A DNA stretch of 64,000 nt, from assembly GCA_041483195.1 (NCBI GenBank), contig JBGPFC010000019.1:13785-77784 (forward strand). The letters run 5' to 3'. Made by a program: the position numbers and the translations under genes. Shown here piece after piece: positions 8,730 to 18,680 of this stretch; the first letter of the stretch is position 1; every line of letters begins with the position of its first letter. The notes under the pieces are model-generated. The model saw only the letters and a program-made list of their open reading frames with translations. It did no database searches and had not been told where the DNA came from. Source of the DNA: Candidatus Eiseniibacteriota bacterium. Its GTDB lineage: Bacteria; Eisenbacteria; RBG-16-71-46.

Positions 8730-11576
8730 CTAGCGGTACCCGAACACCGCGGCGTAGAGGATCAGCAGGATCAGCAGGATCCCGAGCGTGAGCGCGGCCG
8801 CTCCGAACACCTTCCACAGCAGCAGCGTGCGCGGATCGGGCGGCTCGACCATCCGCTCCTGCAGCTCGCCGCTCGCCATCATCTCCTCGTACTCGCGCGG
8901 GCGATCCTTCTTGTACTCCTCGAGCGGCACGATGCCGGTGAAGATCACGGTGTCCATCGGGAACTTCTCGGGGCGGAAGTGGGTGTTGAAGAAGTGCACG
9001 GTGAAGATGAATCCCACCGCCAGCAGCGCCTCGTCGCTGTGCACGATGGTCGCGACGTTCAGCAGCCAGCCCGGCAGCAGCCGCGTGAAGAACGTGGGGA
9101 ACCAGAGCATGAGCCCGGTGGCGCCGATGATGGCGACGCCCCAGAAGACCGCGAAGTAGTCGAACTTCTCCCAGTAGGTCCAGCGGCCGTAGGCGGGGCG
9201 GGACCCGCGCCCGGCGAACCACTTGACGGACTGGATGAATTCCTTGAGATCGGTGAGCCCGGGGAGCATCCCGTTCGGCCCGGCGATGAACGCCAGCCAC
9301 GACCGCCCGCTCGCGCGCTTGCGCCTCGCCATGTCCCACAGGTGAATGCCGAAGTAGCTGAACGTGATCACCGCGCACACGCGATGAATGAAGCCCGCCG
9401 CCTCGAAGCCTCCGAGCACGCGCGACAGCGCCCACGCCCAGCCTGTGTACGAGAACTTGAGCGTCATGCCGGTGATCGCGAGCCCGAGAAAGCTCACCAT
9501 CACCATGACGTGGAGGTTGCGGTAGAGCTTGGGAAACCGCCGCAGGTACACGCCGGACGCGCCGACGTGCTCGCGCTTGAGCTCGGCGCGGTAGCGCAGC
9601 GAGCGCGGCAGCCATGCGAAGGTGTGCAGGCCGGCGAACGCGAAGGTGCCGATCAGGAGCCCGGTCATTCCCCAGAAGGTCCAGAACAGCGCGGGGTATT
9701 TCTTCGGATCGTGGTGCGTCGCGTGCGTGAGGTAGCCCGCGAACCGCCGGTTCGATCCGGGATGGCACTGCCCGCAGGTCTTCACGATGTTCTGCCGCGA
9801 GAGGTGCGATTTCGGATTGAAGATCGCCTGGATGTCGTGTGCGCCATGGCAGTCGTAGCACTTCGCGGTCTTGAGATAGCCCAGCTTCGACACCTTGCCG
9901 TGGTAGGTCTCGAAGTAGCTCTCGGCGAGCGCGCGATGGCAGCGCCCGCACTGGGTCATGATGTTGAGCCGGAAGTTCTCCTTGTCGGTCCGCCCGATCT
10001 GGTGCGCGCTGTGGCAGTCGGAGCAGGTCGGCAGCGGCTGCTTCGTGTGCGAAACGTTCGGCGAGTGGATGCTGGAGCTGAACAGTTCGTAGATGCCGCG
10101 ATGGCACCGGGCGCAGGTGGTCGCGATGTTCGCGGGGTTCACGCTGGACTGCGGATTCTCGTGCGGCAGCTCGCCGTGCGAGGTGTGGCAATCCACGCAG
10201 GTCGCGGTGACGACCAGCCCGCTCTCGAGCAGGCCCTTGCCGTGAATGCTCTCGACGTAGCTCTCGACGATCAGGCGTTCCGTGCCGCGGTAGCGCACGG
10301 CGGCCTTGTTCCCGGTGCGGTGGCAGCGGCCGCACAGCTCTGGAACGTTCTTCGCGTAGGTCGGCGAGTCGGACTCGAGGTGGCCCTGCATCCCGTGCGT
10401 GCCGTGGCAGTCGGCGCACATCGGTGCATCCGGGCTCTCCTTCGCCGCCAGCTGGCCGTGGGTGCTCGAGCGATAGGTGTTCACCACCTCGGCGTGGCAG
10501 ATCGAACAGTCCACCTTGCCGGTGATGGTGCGGCACGGCCGCAGCTCGGAGGGATTGCCGCCGGTGTGACACTGCGCGCACGCGACGCGGGCGTGCCGCG
10601 AGTGGGCGAGCGAGTCGGCGTTCACGGTCATCGACGCCCCGCTCGCCGCGCGCAGGTCGCGCTTCGCGTGGCAGGACAGGCAGTCCTTGTCGGCCATGCC
10701 CTGGGTGTAGAACACCCGCCGCGCCTTGTGCGGCGAGTGGCAGTCCACGCAAGCCGGGATCAGGTTGGGCTGCTTCTCCCACAGCTCGCCGCGAACCACC
10801 TTGCGGTGCACGACCTCGATGCGCACGTGGCACTGCGTGCAAGTCTTCGCGACGTTGCGGTGCGCGATCGAGGAGCGCGGGTCGGTGTGCGGGAGCACGA
10901 AGTGCGCGGTGTGGCAGCTGGTGCACACCGCGGTGGTGAGCAGGCCCTTCTTGTAGAGACCCTCGCCGTGGATCGACTCGGAGTAGTTGGCGAGGATGCT
11001 GTCCTGCGGGATGTGATACGTGATCTGGACCGGCGAACCCTCGTGATGGCAACGGCCGCAAAGCATCGGCACGTTGAACTTGTTCACCGGGGAAGCGAGA
11101 TCGGAAGGCCTCAGCACGTCGTGCGTGCCATGGCACGCCTTGCAGCTCGGCGCGAGCTTCTCGCCGCGCTGTGCCGCGAGGCCGTGAATGCTCTCGTGGT
11201 ACTGGATCTGCTCGGCCCCGTGACACTGGCCGCAATCGACCGGCTTCGGCTTCGGGTGCGGGAAGTCCTGGTTCGCTAGATCGGCGTGGCAGGCGGCGCA
11301 CTCGATCCCGGCATGCGGCGAGGCGCGCAGCGCGGCAGCGTCGTAGTTCGGAGGCTCGTCCGGCCCGCGATGCGCGGCCGGCACGCCGCCCTGGTGGCAC
11401 ATCGCGCACGGTTCGGAGCCCGGGAGCTGCGCGGCGGCTGGCGCGTTCTTCTGCGCGGCGCCCGCCGCGGGGAGGGTCGCGGCGCCCTGCGCGTGTGCGC
11501 TCGCGGGCGCGCTCACGCGCGACCCCATCACCACGAACGCGAGCAGGGCCATGACGAGCGTCGCCCGCTGCGACAT
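8730..11576 (-). CDS. CbcL-like multiheme cytochrome c / cytochrome b fusion (19 CxxCH)
   Basis: Signal peptide; 19 CxxCH; C-terminal TM domain with WTYWEKFDYFAVFWG, IVHSDEALLA, HFFNTHFRPEKFPMD; alternative GTG start at 11612. Confidence 0.88.
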   Translation of the reverse strand: MSQRATLVMALLAFVVMGSRVSAPASAHAQGAATLPAAGAAQKNAPAAAQLPGSEPCAMCHQGGVPAAHRGPDEPPNYDAAALRASPHAGIECAACHADLANQDFPHPKPKPVDCGQCHGAEQIQYHESIHGLAAQRGEKLAPSCKACHGTHDVLRPSDLASPVNKFNVPMLCGRCHHEGSPVQITYHIPQDSILANYSESIHGEGLYKKGLLTTAVCTSCHTAHFVLPHTDPRSSIAHRNVAKTCTQCHVRIEVVHRKVVRGELWEKQPNLIPACVDCHSPHKARRVFYTQGMADKDCLSCHAKRDLRAASGASMTVNADSLAHSRHARVACAQCHTGGNPSELRPCRTITGKVDCSICHAEVVNTYRSSTHGQLAAKESPDAPMCADCHGTHGMQGHLESDSPTYAKNVPELCGRCHRTGNKAAVRYRGTERLIVESYVESIHGKGLLESGLVVTATCVDCHTSHGELPHENPQSSVNPANIATTCARCHRGIYELFSSSIHSPNVSHTKQPLPTCSDCHSAHQIGRTDKENFRLNIMTQCGRCHRALAESYFETYHGKVSKLGYLKTAKCYDCHGAHDIQAIFNPKSHLSRQNIVKTCGQCHPGSNRRFAGYLTHATHHDPKKYPALFWTFWGMTGLLIGTFAFAGLHTFAWLPRSLRYRAELKREHVGASGVYLRRFPKLYRNLHVMVMVSFLGLAITGMTLKFSYTGWAWALSRVLGGFEAAGFIHRVCAVITFSYFGIHLWDMARRKRASGRSWLAFIAGPNGMLPGLTDLKEFIQSVKWFAGRGSRPAYGRWTYWEKFDYFAVFWGVAIIGATGLMLWFPTFFTRLLPGWLLNVATIVHSDEALLAVGFIFTVHFFNTHFRPEKFPMDTVIFTGIVPLEEYKKDRPREYEEMMASGELQERMVEPPDPRTLLLWKVFGAAALTLGILLILLILYAAVFGYR

Positions 11577-11722
11577 GCTCGTCACGACCCCGCCGATGCC
11601 ATCGCGCGCCACAGCCCACCCGCTCTCGCGCGGCGTGGCCTGTTCCGCGCACTCCGACCCGCGGCGCCGCGGCCCGCGGGCGATGAGCGGGGCCGCGCGG
11701 CGCGCGGTCCCGCGTTATGTCC

Positions 11723-12400
11723 CTACTTGGTCGGCGCCGCCACCGCCACGACGTGCGTGCCCTTGGCCTTGTACTCGTCGAACTTGAAGTTCGGGCTCGT
11801 AACCGGCGTATGGCACTGCATGCACATGTTCGCGGTCGGATGACCGTAGATGAACTTCTTCTTGTCCGCCGCAGCCGCCGGCACGTGCAGGCTTCCCGGT
11901 CCGTGGCACCCTTCGCAGGTCATGTTGCTCACGCCCGCGTTCTTGGTGCTGTCCGCCGCCGGATATCCGCCCGCCAGGTGAAACGCGGTCACGTGGCACG
12001 TGACGCAGGCTTCGTTGTCCGCGGGATTGCCCTTCAGCTCGACCTTGAGCTTCGCGGCCATCTCGGCGACCGCCTTGGGATCGGCCTTGCGAAGATTCTC
12101 GAGCGCGTGCGCGTGATTGGTCTCCGAAAACGCCTTGTACTGTTTGAAGTGGCACATCTTGCACTTGTTGACGCCCAGGTACTCGGCAGCCTTCGCATCG
12201 CTCGCGGCCGGCGCCTTCTGGTCCGTCTTGTACGTCTTGCCCGCTGCGCTGAGATCCGCACCGCCCGCGGGGTTCACGTGACAGGTCGCGCACGCCGCCT
12301 TGGTCTGGCGCGCAAATTCGGGGAACGCCCACGCATGGACCGCCAGCATCGCGACCAGGCCCGCCGCGAGCAGACCGACCACCACACTCCGTACTCGCAT
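11723..12400 (-). CDS. Periplasmic pentaheme cytochrome c (Cyc2-like N-terminal heme plus c554-like domain)
   Basis: Signal peptide ending AWA; FPEFARQTKAACATCH; YLGVNKCKMCH, CVTCH, CEGCHGPGSLH, CMQCH; RBS GGAGG. Confidence 0.85.
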   Translation of the reverse strand: MRVRSVVVGLLAAGLVAMLAVHAWAFPEFARQTKAACATCHVNPAGGADLSAAGKTYKTDQKAPAASDAKAAEYLGVNKCKMCHFKQYKAFSETNHAHALENLRKADPKAVAEMAAKLKVELKGNPADNEACVTCHVTAFHLAGGYPAADSTKNAGVSNMTCEGCHGPGSLHVPAAAADKKKFIYGHPTANMCMQCHTPVTSPNFKFDEYKAKGTHVVAVAAPTK

Positions 12401-12484
12401 CGCTCAGCCTCCTTCGACCGTACGCTCTCGACCTCTCGAACCGGGCCATTCAGGGAGACCCGGTGCATCACACCGGTACTAGTA

Positions 12485-12500
12485 GGCAAGGACCGGACCT
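12485..12500 (-). promoter_or_regulatory. Putative sigma-54 (-24/-12) promoter for the pentaheme/CbcL-like operon
   Basis: Minus strand AGGTCCGGTCCTTGCC, GG-N10-GC with TTGC. Confidence 0.65.
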
Positions 12501-12596
12501 CCGTAGTTTTCCGTAGGGTCCCTGCGGATATCCGAAACTTACGCGACTTCCGGCGCGACGCACAAGCCGGGAGGCGCCTCGTGACCGAGGCGAGTC

Positions 12597-12628
12597 TGCC
12601 ACTATTGTCACGGCCTGCCAGAATGTCG
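12597..12628. promoter_or_regulatory. Putative enhancer boxes shared by divergent promoters
   Basis: TGCCACTATTGTCA and TGCCAGAATGTCG, midway between two identical sigma-54 motifs. Confidence 0.5.
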
Positions 12629-12713
12629 GCCCGCGGCCCCGCCGGGAGCGGCGTTCGGGAGGGGCCGCCCTTGCGAATCAACCGTCTGCGCCGGGCCCGC
12701 GGTTGCCCTGCTA

Positions 12714-12729
12714 TGGTCCGGTCCTTGCC
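12714..12729 (+). promoter_or_regulatory. Putative sigma-54 promoter for the 13-heme CbcL-like operon
   Basis: TGGTCCGGTCCTTGCC, GG-N10-GC. Confidence 0.65.
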
Positions 12730-12770
12730 GTTGGTTGGAGCACAGCAGCGCTGGTGCGAGGGCATCCTGC

Positions 12771-14966
12771 ATGGCGGACCGTGATGGGGTGGGACGGCGG
12801 GCTTGGGGCGCCGCGTGCGACGGACTCTTCCGCTCGCGCGCGGCCGGTCTGTCCGTGGCCACCGTGTTCGCCGCCATCGCGCTGCTCTTCGCCTCTGGAA
12901 TTCCGCCGGGCGCCGCACCCGCGAACGCCGCGCCCGACAACGCGACCTGCCTCACCTGCCACGCTTCGCCCGACATGGGCAAGGCGGCCGTGGACACGCT
13001 CGCGATCCACGCTTCGGTCCACGCGGGCCTCGCGTGCTCGAGCTGCCACGCGGGCGTCACCGACATCCCGCACGCCGAGAAGCTTCCGCGCGTGCGCTGC
13101 GAATCGTGTCACGGCGCGGTCGCGAGCGCGCTCGCGCGGAGCGTGCACGGCGCGGCGGGTGCGGTCCGCTGCACCGACTGCCACGGCACGCACACGATCC
13201 GTCCCGCGAAGCGCACGTCGCTCGAGCTGTGCGGCCGCTGCCACGCGAACCAGAGCGCCGACTACCAGGCCAGCGTCCACGGGGTCGCCCTCGCGAACGG
13301 CGATCGCGACGCATCGACCTGCGCCGACTGCCACGGCGTCGTGCACTCGATCCGCGCCCATGCCGACTCGACGTCCACCGTCAGCCGCGGCCGGCTGGCC
13401 GCGACCTGCGGCCGCTGTCACGCCGATCGCGCGCTGATGGCGAAGCGCGGGATCACCATTCCCGAGGCCTACCAGCTCTTCCGCCGGAGCGTGCACGGCC
13501 GCTCGAAGCGCGCCGACGCCGCGGTGTGCTCGGACTGCCACGCGAGCCACCGGCTGCTCCGCGCGAACGACCCCGCTTCGTCGATCTATCGCGCGAACAT
13601 CCCCGCCACCTGCGGGCGTTGCCATCGCGCGCAGGACGAGAAGTACTCGGAGGGCGTGCACGGCACGGCGCTCGCCCGCGGCGTCACCGCCGCGCCGGTG
13701 TGCACCGACTGCCATGGCGAGCACCTGATCCGCGGGCCGAAGGACATCGATTCGCCGGTCGCGAGCGGGAACGTGAGCGAGACCTGCTCGCGCTGCCACG
13801 AGGCGACCGGCATTCGCGAGACCTACGGGCTCCCGGCGGGCCGGCTCTCGACCTACCGCGACAGCTTCCACGGGCTCGCGGCGCGCGGCGGCTCGCCGGT
13901 GGTCGCGAACTGCGCGAGCTGCCACGGCTACCACGACATTCTTCCGTCGAGCGATCCGCGTTCCGCGATCTCTCCGGCGCGGCTGCCCACGACCTGCGGG
14001 CGCTGCCATCCGGGCGCCGGCGCGCGCTTCGCGATGGGCCGCGTGCACGTCGCCATGACCACGCGCGACCAGCCGCTGCTGTTCTGGGTGCGTCGCGCCT
14101 ATCTCGTGCTGATCGTGCTCACCATCGGCGGGATGACCCTCCACCAGGCGCTCGATTTCGGCTCGAAGCTGCGGCGTCATCTGTCGGAGCATCTCGGGCA
14201 GCTCACGCCGCACACCGACGCGATGAAACGCTGGTACGTCCGCCTCACGCCGTTCGAGCGCGTGCAGCACGTGCTGCTGGCGGCGAGCTTCTTCACGCTG
14301 GTCTATACCGGCTTCGCGCTCAAGTTCCCGGAGGCCTGGCCGTTCGCATGGCTGGCGCGCCTCGAGGGCGGATACCGCTGGCGAAGCGTGATCCATCGCG
14401 GCGCCGCGGTCGCGATGGTGGCCGCCTCGCTGACGCACCTCGCGTACCTGGCGACGCGCCGCGGCCGCGAGGCGCTGCGCGCGATGCTGCCCGCCCCGGC
14501 CGACGCGACTCAGGCGATCGCGAACCTCCTGTATCTCGCGGGGCTGCGGCGTGCCCCGCCCCAGTTCGACCGTTTCAGCTACATCGAGAAGGCCGAGTAC
14601 TGGGCGCTGATCTGGGGAACCGTGGTCATGAGCGCGACCGGTCTCGTGCTATGGTTCGAGAACGCATCCTTGCAGTGGCTCAACAAGTGGGTGCTCGATC
14701 TCGCGACGGTGGTCCACTACTACGAGGCGTGGCTCGCGTTCCTCGCGATCGTCGTGTGGCACCTGTACCAGGTCATGATGAACCCCGACGTGTACCCGAT
14801 GAACTGGACGTGGCTGACGGGCCGCATTTCCGAGCAGCAGCTGCGCCACGAGCATCCGGCCGAATGGGCGCGCATGGCGGCGGCGGAAGCCGCGGCCGCG
14901 CTCCCCGAAAACCCGCCCGCGGCGGAGGGCGCGCCGCCCCACCCGGAGGAAAGGAACGAACCATGA
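12771..14966 (+). CDS. Second CbcL-like multiheme c / cytochrome b fusion (13 CxxCH)
   Basis: 13 CxxCH; TM domain with ERVQH, IHRGAA, FSYIEKAEYWALIWG, VHYYEAWLA, WHLY...PMNWTWLTG. Confidence 0.88.
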   Translation: MADRDGVGRRAWGAACDGLFRSRAAGLSVATVFAAIALLFASGIPPGAAPANAAPDNATCLTCHASPDMGKAAVDTLAIHASVHAGLACSSCHAGVTDIPHAEKLPRVRCESCHGAVASALARSVHGAAGAVRCTDCHGTHTIRPAKRTSLELCGRCHANQSADYQASVHGVALANGDRDASTCADCHGVVHSIRAHADSTSTVSRGRLAATCGRCHADRALMAKRGITIPEAYQLFRRSVHGRSKRADAAVCSDCHASHRLLRANDPASSIYRANIPATCGRCHRAQDEKYSEGVHGTALARGVTAAPVCTDCHGEHLIRGPKDIDSPVASGNVSETCSRCHEATGIRETYGLPAGRLSTYRDSFHGLAARGGSPVVANCASCHGYHDILPSSDPRSAISPARLPTTCGRCHPGAGARFAMGRVHVAMTTRDQPLLFWVRRAYLVLIVLTIGGMTLHQALDFGSKLRRHLSEHLGQLTPHTDAMKRWYVRLTPFERVQHVLLAASFFTLVYTGFALKFPEAWPFAWLARLEGGYRWRSVIHRGAAVAMVAASLTHLAYLATRRGREALRAMLPAPADATQAIANLLYLAGLRRAPPQFDRFSYIEKAEYWALIWGTVVMSATGLVLWFENASLQWLNKWVLDLATVVHYYEAWLAFLAIVVWHLYQVMMNPDVYPMNWTWLTGRISEQQLRHEHPAEWARMAAAEAAAALPENPPAAEGAPPHPEERNEP

Positions 14967-15718
14967 CGACCTGTCGCGCGCTGTTCGCGGGGACCCTCGC
15001 GATCGCCATGCTGTCCCTGATTTCCGCCTGCCAGACCACGCCGCGGCCGTGGGCGTCGCCGGAATCGCTTCAGAAGGGCCAGCAGGCGTTCCTCTCGTAC
15101 TGCGCGATGTGTCACGGCGACGGGGGCGACGGCGACGGCGAGCTCGCCTCCACGCTCCAGCAATCCGGCGTGGTGGTCGCGCGGCTCAGCAGCGCGGCGA
15201 GCATGCAGAAGCTCGGATACCTGGGCGTGCGCAAGGTGATCGTTCAGGGCGGCGCGCACACCGGTCGTTCGAACATCATGCCCGCCTGGGGCGAGCGCTT
15301 GCCAGACGACCTCATCAGCGCCATCGCGGCCTACGTGATGACGCTCTCCGACAAGACGCCGGCCATTCCGGAGGCCACGGTGCGGAAGTACCTCGCGGCG
15401 CCGGCCGGCGTTCCGGACGAAGGCCGCCGCGTGTTCGTGCACTACTGCGCGGCGTGTCACGGCCCGTTCGGTCGCGGCGACGGCACCTACGCCGAGGCGC
15501 TGCGCGTGCAGCACAACATCCGCCCGCGCGATCTCACCGACTCGACCTACCTCGCGCAGAAGACCGACGAGCAGCTGTTCGCGACCATCTCGCTGGGCGG
15601 GGCGCACGTCGGAAAGTCGAACTTCATGCCGGCCTGGTCAGTGTCGCTCAGCCCCGAGCAGATCAAGAGCCTCGCCAGCTACATCCGCGAGATCTCGCGC
15701 ACCTCGCCGCGGCCCTGA
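14963..15718 (+). CDS. Diheme class I cytochrome c lipoprotein
   Basis: ATGA overlap; lipobox LISAC; two repeated domains with CAMCH/CAACH and SNIMPAW/SNFMPAW (Met ligand). Confidence 0.85.
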   Translation: MTTCRALFAGTLAIAMLSLISACQTTPRPWASPESLQKGQQAFLSYCAMCHGDGGDGDGELASTLQQSGVVVARLSSAASMQKLGYLGVRKVIVQGGAHTGRSNIMPAWGERLPDDLISAIAAYVMTLSDKTPAIPEATVRKYLAAPAGVPDEGRRVFVHYCAACHGPFGRGDGTYAEALRVQHNIRPRDLTDSTYLAQKTDEQLFATISLGGAHVGKSNFMPAWSVSLSPEQIKSLASYIREISRTSPRP

Positions 15719-15747
15719 GCGAGGCCAGTCAAGATCCGCTTCATCGC

Positions 15748-15791
15748 AAACGCGAGCGGGCCGGACCCAGTTGGTCCGGCCCGCCGCGTTT
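15748..15791. terminator. Bidirectional terminator between convergent operons
   Basis: AAACGCG-a-GCGGGCCGGACC-cagtt-GGTCCGGCCCGC-CGCGTTT. Confidence 0.7.
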
Positions 15792-15802
15792 ACCGCTCCT
15801 CG

Positions 15803-17125
15803 CTACGCTTCGCGCTTCCCGTCGAGCTGCCGGATCTTGAGGACCAGCATGCCGATGGTCGCGAGGATCACCAGCAGCGAGAGCCCCATGCCGATGCGCC
15901 GCGTGCGCCAGTCCTTCAGAGCGAGCCCCGCGTCGGCCTCGGCGTGCGACGCGAAGCCGTCGCCTTCCGCGATGACGGCCTGCACCGCCTCCGCGTCGAA
16001 GCCGTGGATCGCGGCGCGCGCGCCCACCAGACGGTCCTGCGCCTCGCGCAGCTGCGCGCGAGCGGCGGAGGTCTCCATGCCGCGCCGCTCCGCGAGATTC
16101 AGCAGGCTGTCCGCGCGAGCGAGCGATCCCTTGAGCCGGCCGAAGCGATCGATGATGAGCGCGGCGCCGCGCTCCCCGGCCGAGCCCGGCGCGTGACACG
16201 AGGCGCACACGCCGCCGGGGCCGTTCGAGAGCATCGCGTCGGTCGGGCGCTGGACGCCGTGATTGCTGTGGCAGGTTACGCAGCCGCGCTTGCCCGTCGC
16301 GAGGAAGGCCGCGCTCACCTTGCTCTTCGCGAACAGCTCGCCCTCGCGGCCGTGGCAGTTGCCGCACACCACCGAGATGTCGCGCGTGTTGGGCGGCACG
16401 GCGCCGTGATTGCCGTGGCAATCGTTGCAGGCCGGGGCCGCGGTGTCGTCGCGCTCGAGCAGCGCCTTGCCGTGAACGCTCTGCGAGTAGAGCGCGAACT
16501 GGTTGGTCGGCACCGAGCGGCCCTTCATGTACTCGGCGTTGTGGCACTTCGAGCAGGTGATGGGAACGTTGCGGTGGTACACCGGCGAGCGCGGATCCTT
16601 GCGCGTGAGGATGCCGTGCACGCCGTGGCAGTTGGTGCAGGTCGCGACCTTGGTGTCGCCTTCCGAGATCTTCTTGCAGTGGACGCTGGTGCGGAACTCG
16701 GCCATCGAGAACACGTAGGGCTTGGGGTTGTAGCGCTTCATGTAGGCCGCGTCGGCGTGGCACTTCGCGCAGACCTCTGCGATCTCGATGCGTGCCGGCG
16801 CGCCGCGGAATCCCTTGTCGGGATCCATCGCCGACAGCTCGGGATCGGCCGGATTTCCGCCGTGGCAGGCCACGCAGCCGAGCCCGCGCACGGCGTGGAT
16901 GTCCTCCGCGAAATTGCGCGTGGGAGCGACCAGCCGCTCCTCGGTCTGCCGGCGGTGGCAATCCATGCAGGTGTTGGGGGCGCCCGGGGCGGAGGCCGCG
17001 GTCGCCGCGGCGGGCGCGCCCGCCGGAGGCTGCGCGGCGGGCGTTGATTCCGGCGCGGCGTGCGCGAGCGCCGCGCACAACGCGAGCGCGATCGCCAGCG
17101 CGGGCACCACCCGGGGCGCGCTCAC
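15803..17125 (-). CDS. Nonaheme cytochrome c with C-terminal anchor, copy 2
   Basis: GTGA overlap with cyt b stop; 9 CxxCH; shares GFRG.P, GDT.VA.C, ILxxxDPxS with 2045-3298. Confidence 0.9.
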   Translation of the reverse strand: MSAPRVVPALAIALALCAALAHAAPESTPAAQPPAGAPAAATAASAPGAPNTCMDCHRRQTEERLVAPTRNFAEDIHAVRGLGCVACHGGNPADPELSAMDPDKGFRGAPARIEIAEVCAKCHADAAYMKRYNPKPYVFSMAEFRTSVHCKKISEGDTKVATCTNCHGVHGILTRKDPRSPVYHRNVPITCSKCHNAEYMKGRSVPTNQFALYSQSVHGKALLERDDTAAPACNDCHGNHGAVPPNTRDISVVCGNCHGREGELFAKSKVSAAFLATGKRGCVTCHSNHGVQRPTDAMLSNGPGGVCASCHAPGSAGERGAALIIDRFGRLKGSLARADSLLNLAERRGMETSAARAQLREAQDRLVGARAAIHGFDAEAVQAVIAEGDGFASHAEADAGLALKDWRTRRIGMGLSLLVILATIGMLVLKIRQLDGKREA

Positions 17126-18198
17126 GGCTTCGCTCCGCGATACGACAGCAGCGTGAAGACGATGATGTAGACGATCGCCACCGCGCCCACCAGCGTCCAG
17201 AGCCGCGCGCGCCGGCCGGCGCCGCGCGGATCGTCGAGGAACGGGACCGCCACCCAGACCGCGGCCGCGAATCCGATCGCGAGGATGCCGACCAGCTCGC
17301 CTTCCATCCCCAGGATGTGCGAGGGCAGCAGCTTCAGCGTCTGGAACATCCACCCGAAATACCATTCGGGGCGGATGCCGGCGGGGGCCGGCGCGTAGGG
17401 ATCGGCCTTGATGCCCAGCTCCCATGGCAGCAACGCCGAGAGCAGCGCGAGTACGCCGAGCGCGGCGAGCCATCCCACCATGTCGCGCAGCAGGAAGCCG
17501 GGGACGAATTTCATCGTGCGCGGCGGCGCGCCGGCGCTCTCCACCGACGGCGGAACGCTCATGCCGTGGCGCTGCACGAGGTAGAGGTGAAGGCCGAGCA
17601 CCACGGTCACGGCCGCGGGCAGGATGGCGACGTGAATCCCGAAGAAGCGCGTGAGGGTTCCGCCGGTGATGTGGTCGCCGCCGCGCATGAACCGCAGCAT
17701 GAACGGGCCGATCCCGGGCAGCACCCCCATGATGTCGGTGCCGACCTTGGTCGCGAAGAACGCGAGCTGGTTCCAGGGCAGCAGGTAGCCGCTGAACCCG
17801 AACGCCATCGAGATGCCCAGCAGCGCCATGCCGGTGAGCCACGTGACCTCGCGCGGCTGGCGGTACGACTTGAGCAGGAACGCGCTGAACATGTGCACCA
17901 GCGCCGCGCCGATCATGAGGTTCGCGCTCCAGGAGTGAATGGAGCGGATCAGCCAGCCGAACGACACCTGGGTCATCAGGAAGCGCACGCTCTCGTACGC
18001 TTCGTCGGCGCTCGCCCGGTAGTAGAGCAGCAACAGGATGCCGGTCGCGACCTGGACGCCGAACAGGAACAGCGTCATGCCGCCCCAGTAGTACCAGAAC
18101 GTGTGGCGATGGATCGGGACTTCCTTCTTCTCGGCGAGGTGCAGGATCTCGTCGAGGCCGATCCGGTCGCGCAGCCACGCCTGCAGCGCCTCTCTCAC
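17122..18198 (-). CDS. Cytochrome b, canonical copy 2
   Basis: All four His ligands (RSIH-x13-H; FGIH-x14-H); [12 protein letters not shown]. Confidence 0.95.
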   Translation of the reverse strand: MREALQAWLRDRIGLDEILHLAEKKEVPIHRHTFWYYWGGMTLFLFGVQVATGILLLLYYRASADEAYESVRFLMTQVSFGWLIRSIHSWSANLMIGAALVHMFSAFLLKSYRQPREVTWLTGMALLGISMAFGFSGYLLPWNQLAFFATKVGTDIMGVLPGIGPFMLRFMRGGDHITGGTLTRFFGIHVAILPAAVTVVLGLHLYLVQRHGMSVPPSVESAGAPPRTMKFVPGFLLRDMVGWLAALGVLALLSALLPWELGIKADPYAPAPAGIRPEWYFGWMFQTLKLLPSHILGMEGELVGILAIGFAAAVWVAVPFLDDPRGAGRRARLWTLVGAVAIVYIIVFTLLSYRGAKP

Positions 18199-18626
18199 GC
18201 CGGCCGGGCCTTCTCGACGACGATGTCATCGCCCTCGACGTGCACGACGTACTGCTCGAGCGGGCGCGGCGGCGGGCCCGAGACGTTGCGCCCCTCGAGG
18301 TCGTACATGCCGTTGTGACACGCGCACCAGATCACGCGGTCGCCCGCGCGGTACTGCACGGTGCAGCCGAGGTGGGTGCAGACCGCGGACATCGCGTGGA
18401 ATTCGCCGTTCGCGTCGCGGATCAGGATCCCGGGCTGCGCGCCGAACGGGAAGGTCTTGAAGCTGCCGGGGGCGAGCTCGGTCTTCTTCGCCGCGACCAC
18501 GCGGCGGGTGACGGCCTCGGGAAGACGCGGCGGGACCAGGTAGCGGACGACGGGATAAAGAACGAACGCGCCGAGCGCCGTCCCCGCGATGCGAATCATC
18601 CAGTCCAGAAACTGGCGTCGCTTCAT
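18195..18626 (-). CDS. Rieske 2Fe-2S protein, copy 2
   Basis: Tat motif KRRQFL; CTHLGC and CACHNG boxes; SGPPPRPL. Confidence 0.95.
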   Translation of the reverse strand: MKRRQFLDWMIRIAGTALGAFVLYPVVRYLVPPRLPEAVTRRVVAAKKTELAPGSFKTFPFGAQPGILIRDANGEFHAMSAVCTHLGCTVQYRAGDRVIWCACHNGMYDLEGRNVSGPPPRPLEQYVVHVEGDDIVVEKARPA

Positions 18627-18680
18627 CGGCCTCTCGAAGAGTGTGGTTCGCCGCGAACGGGATCCGAGCGCGGGACGATA

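Noticed and set aside
11723..12400. Calling the pentaheme a Cyc2 iron oxidase or a nitrifier c554/HAO marker
   Set aside because: No porin domain and no hao context; only the domain resemblance is supportable
12693..12706. Alternative GG-N10-GC motif (GGGCCCGCGGTTGC)
   Set aside because: Poorer match than 12714-12729, which also has an identical divergent twin
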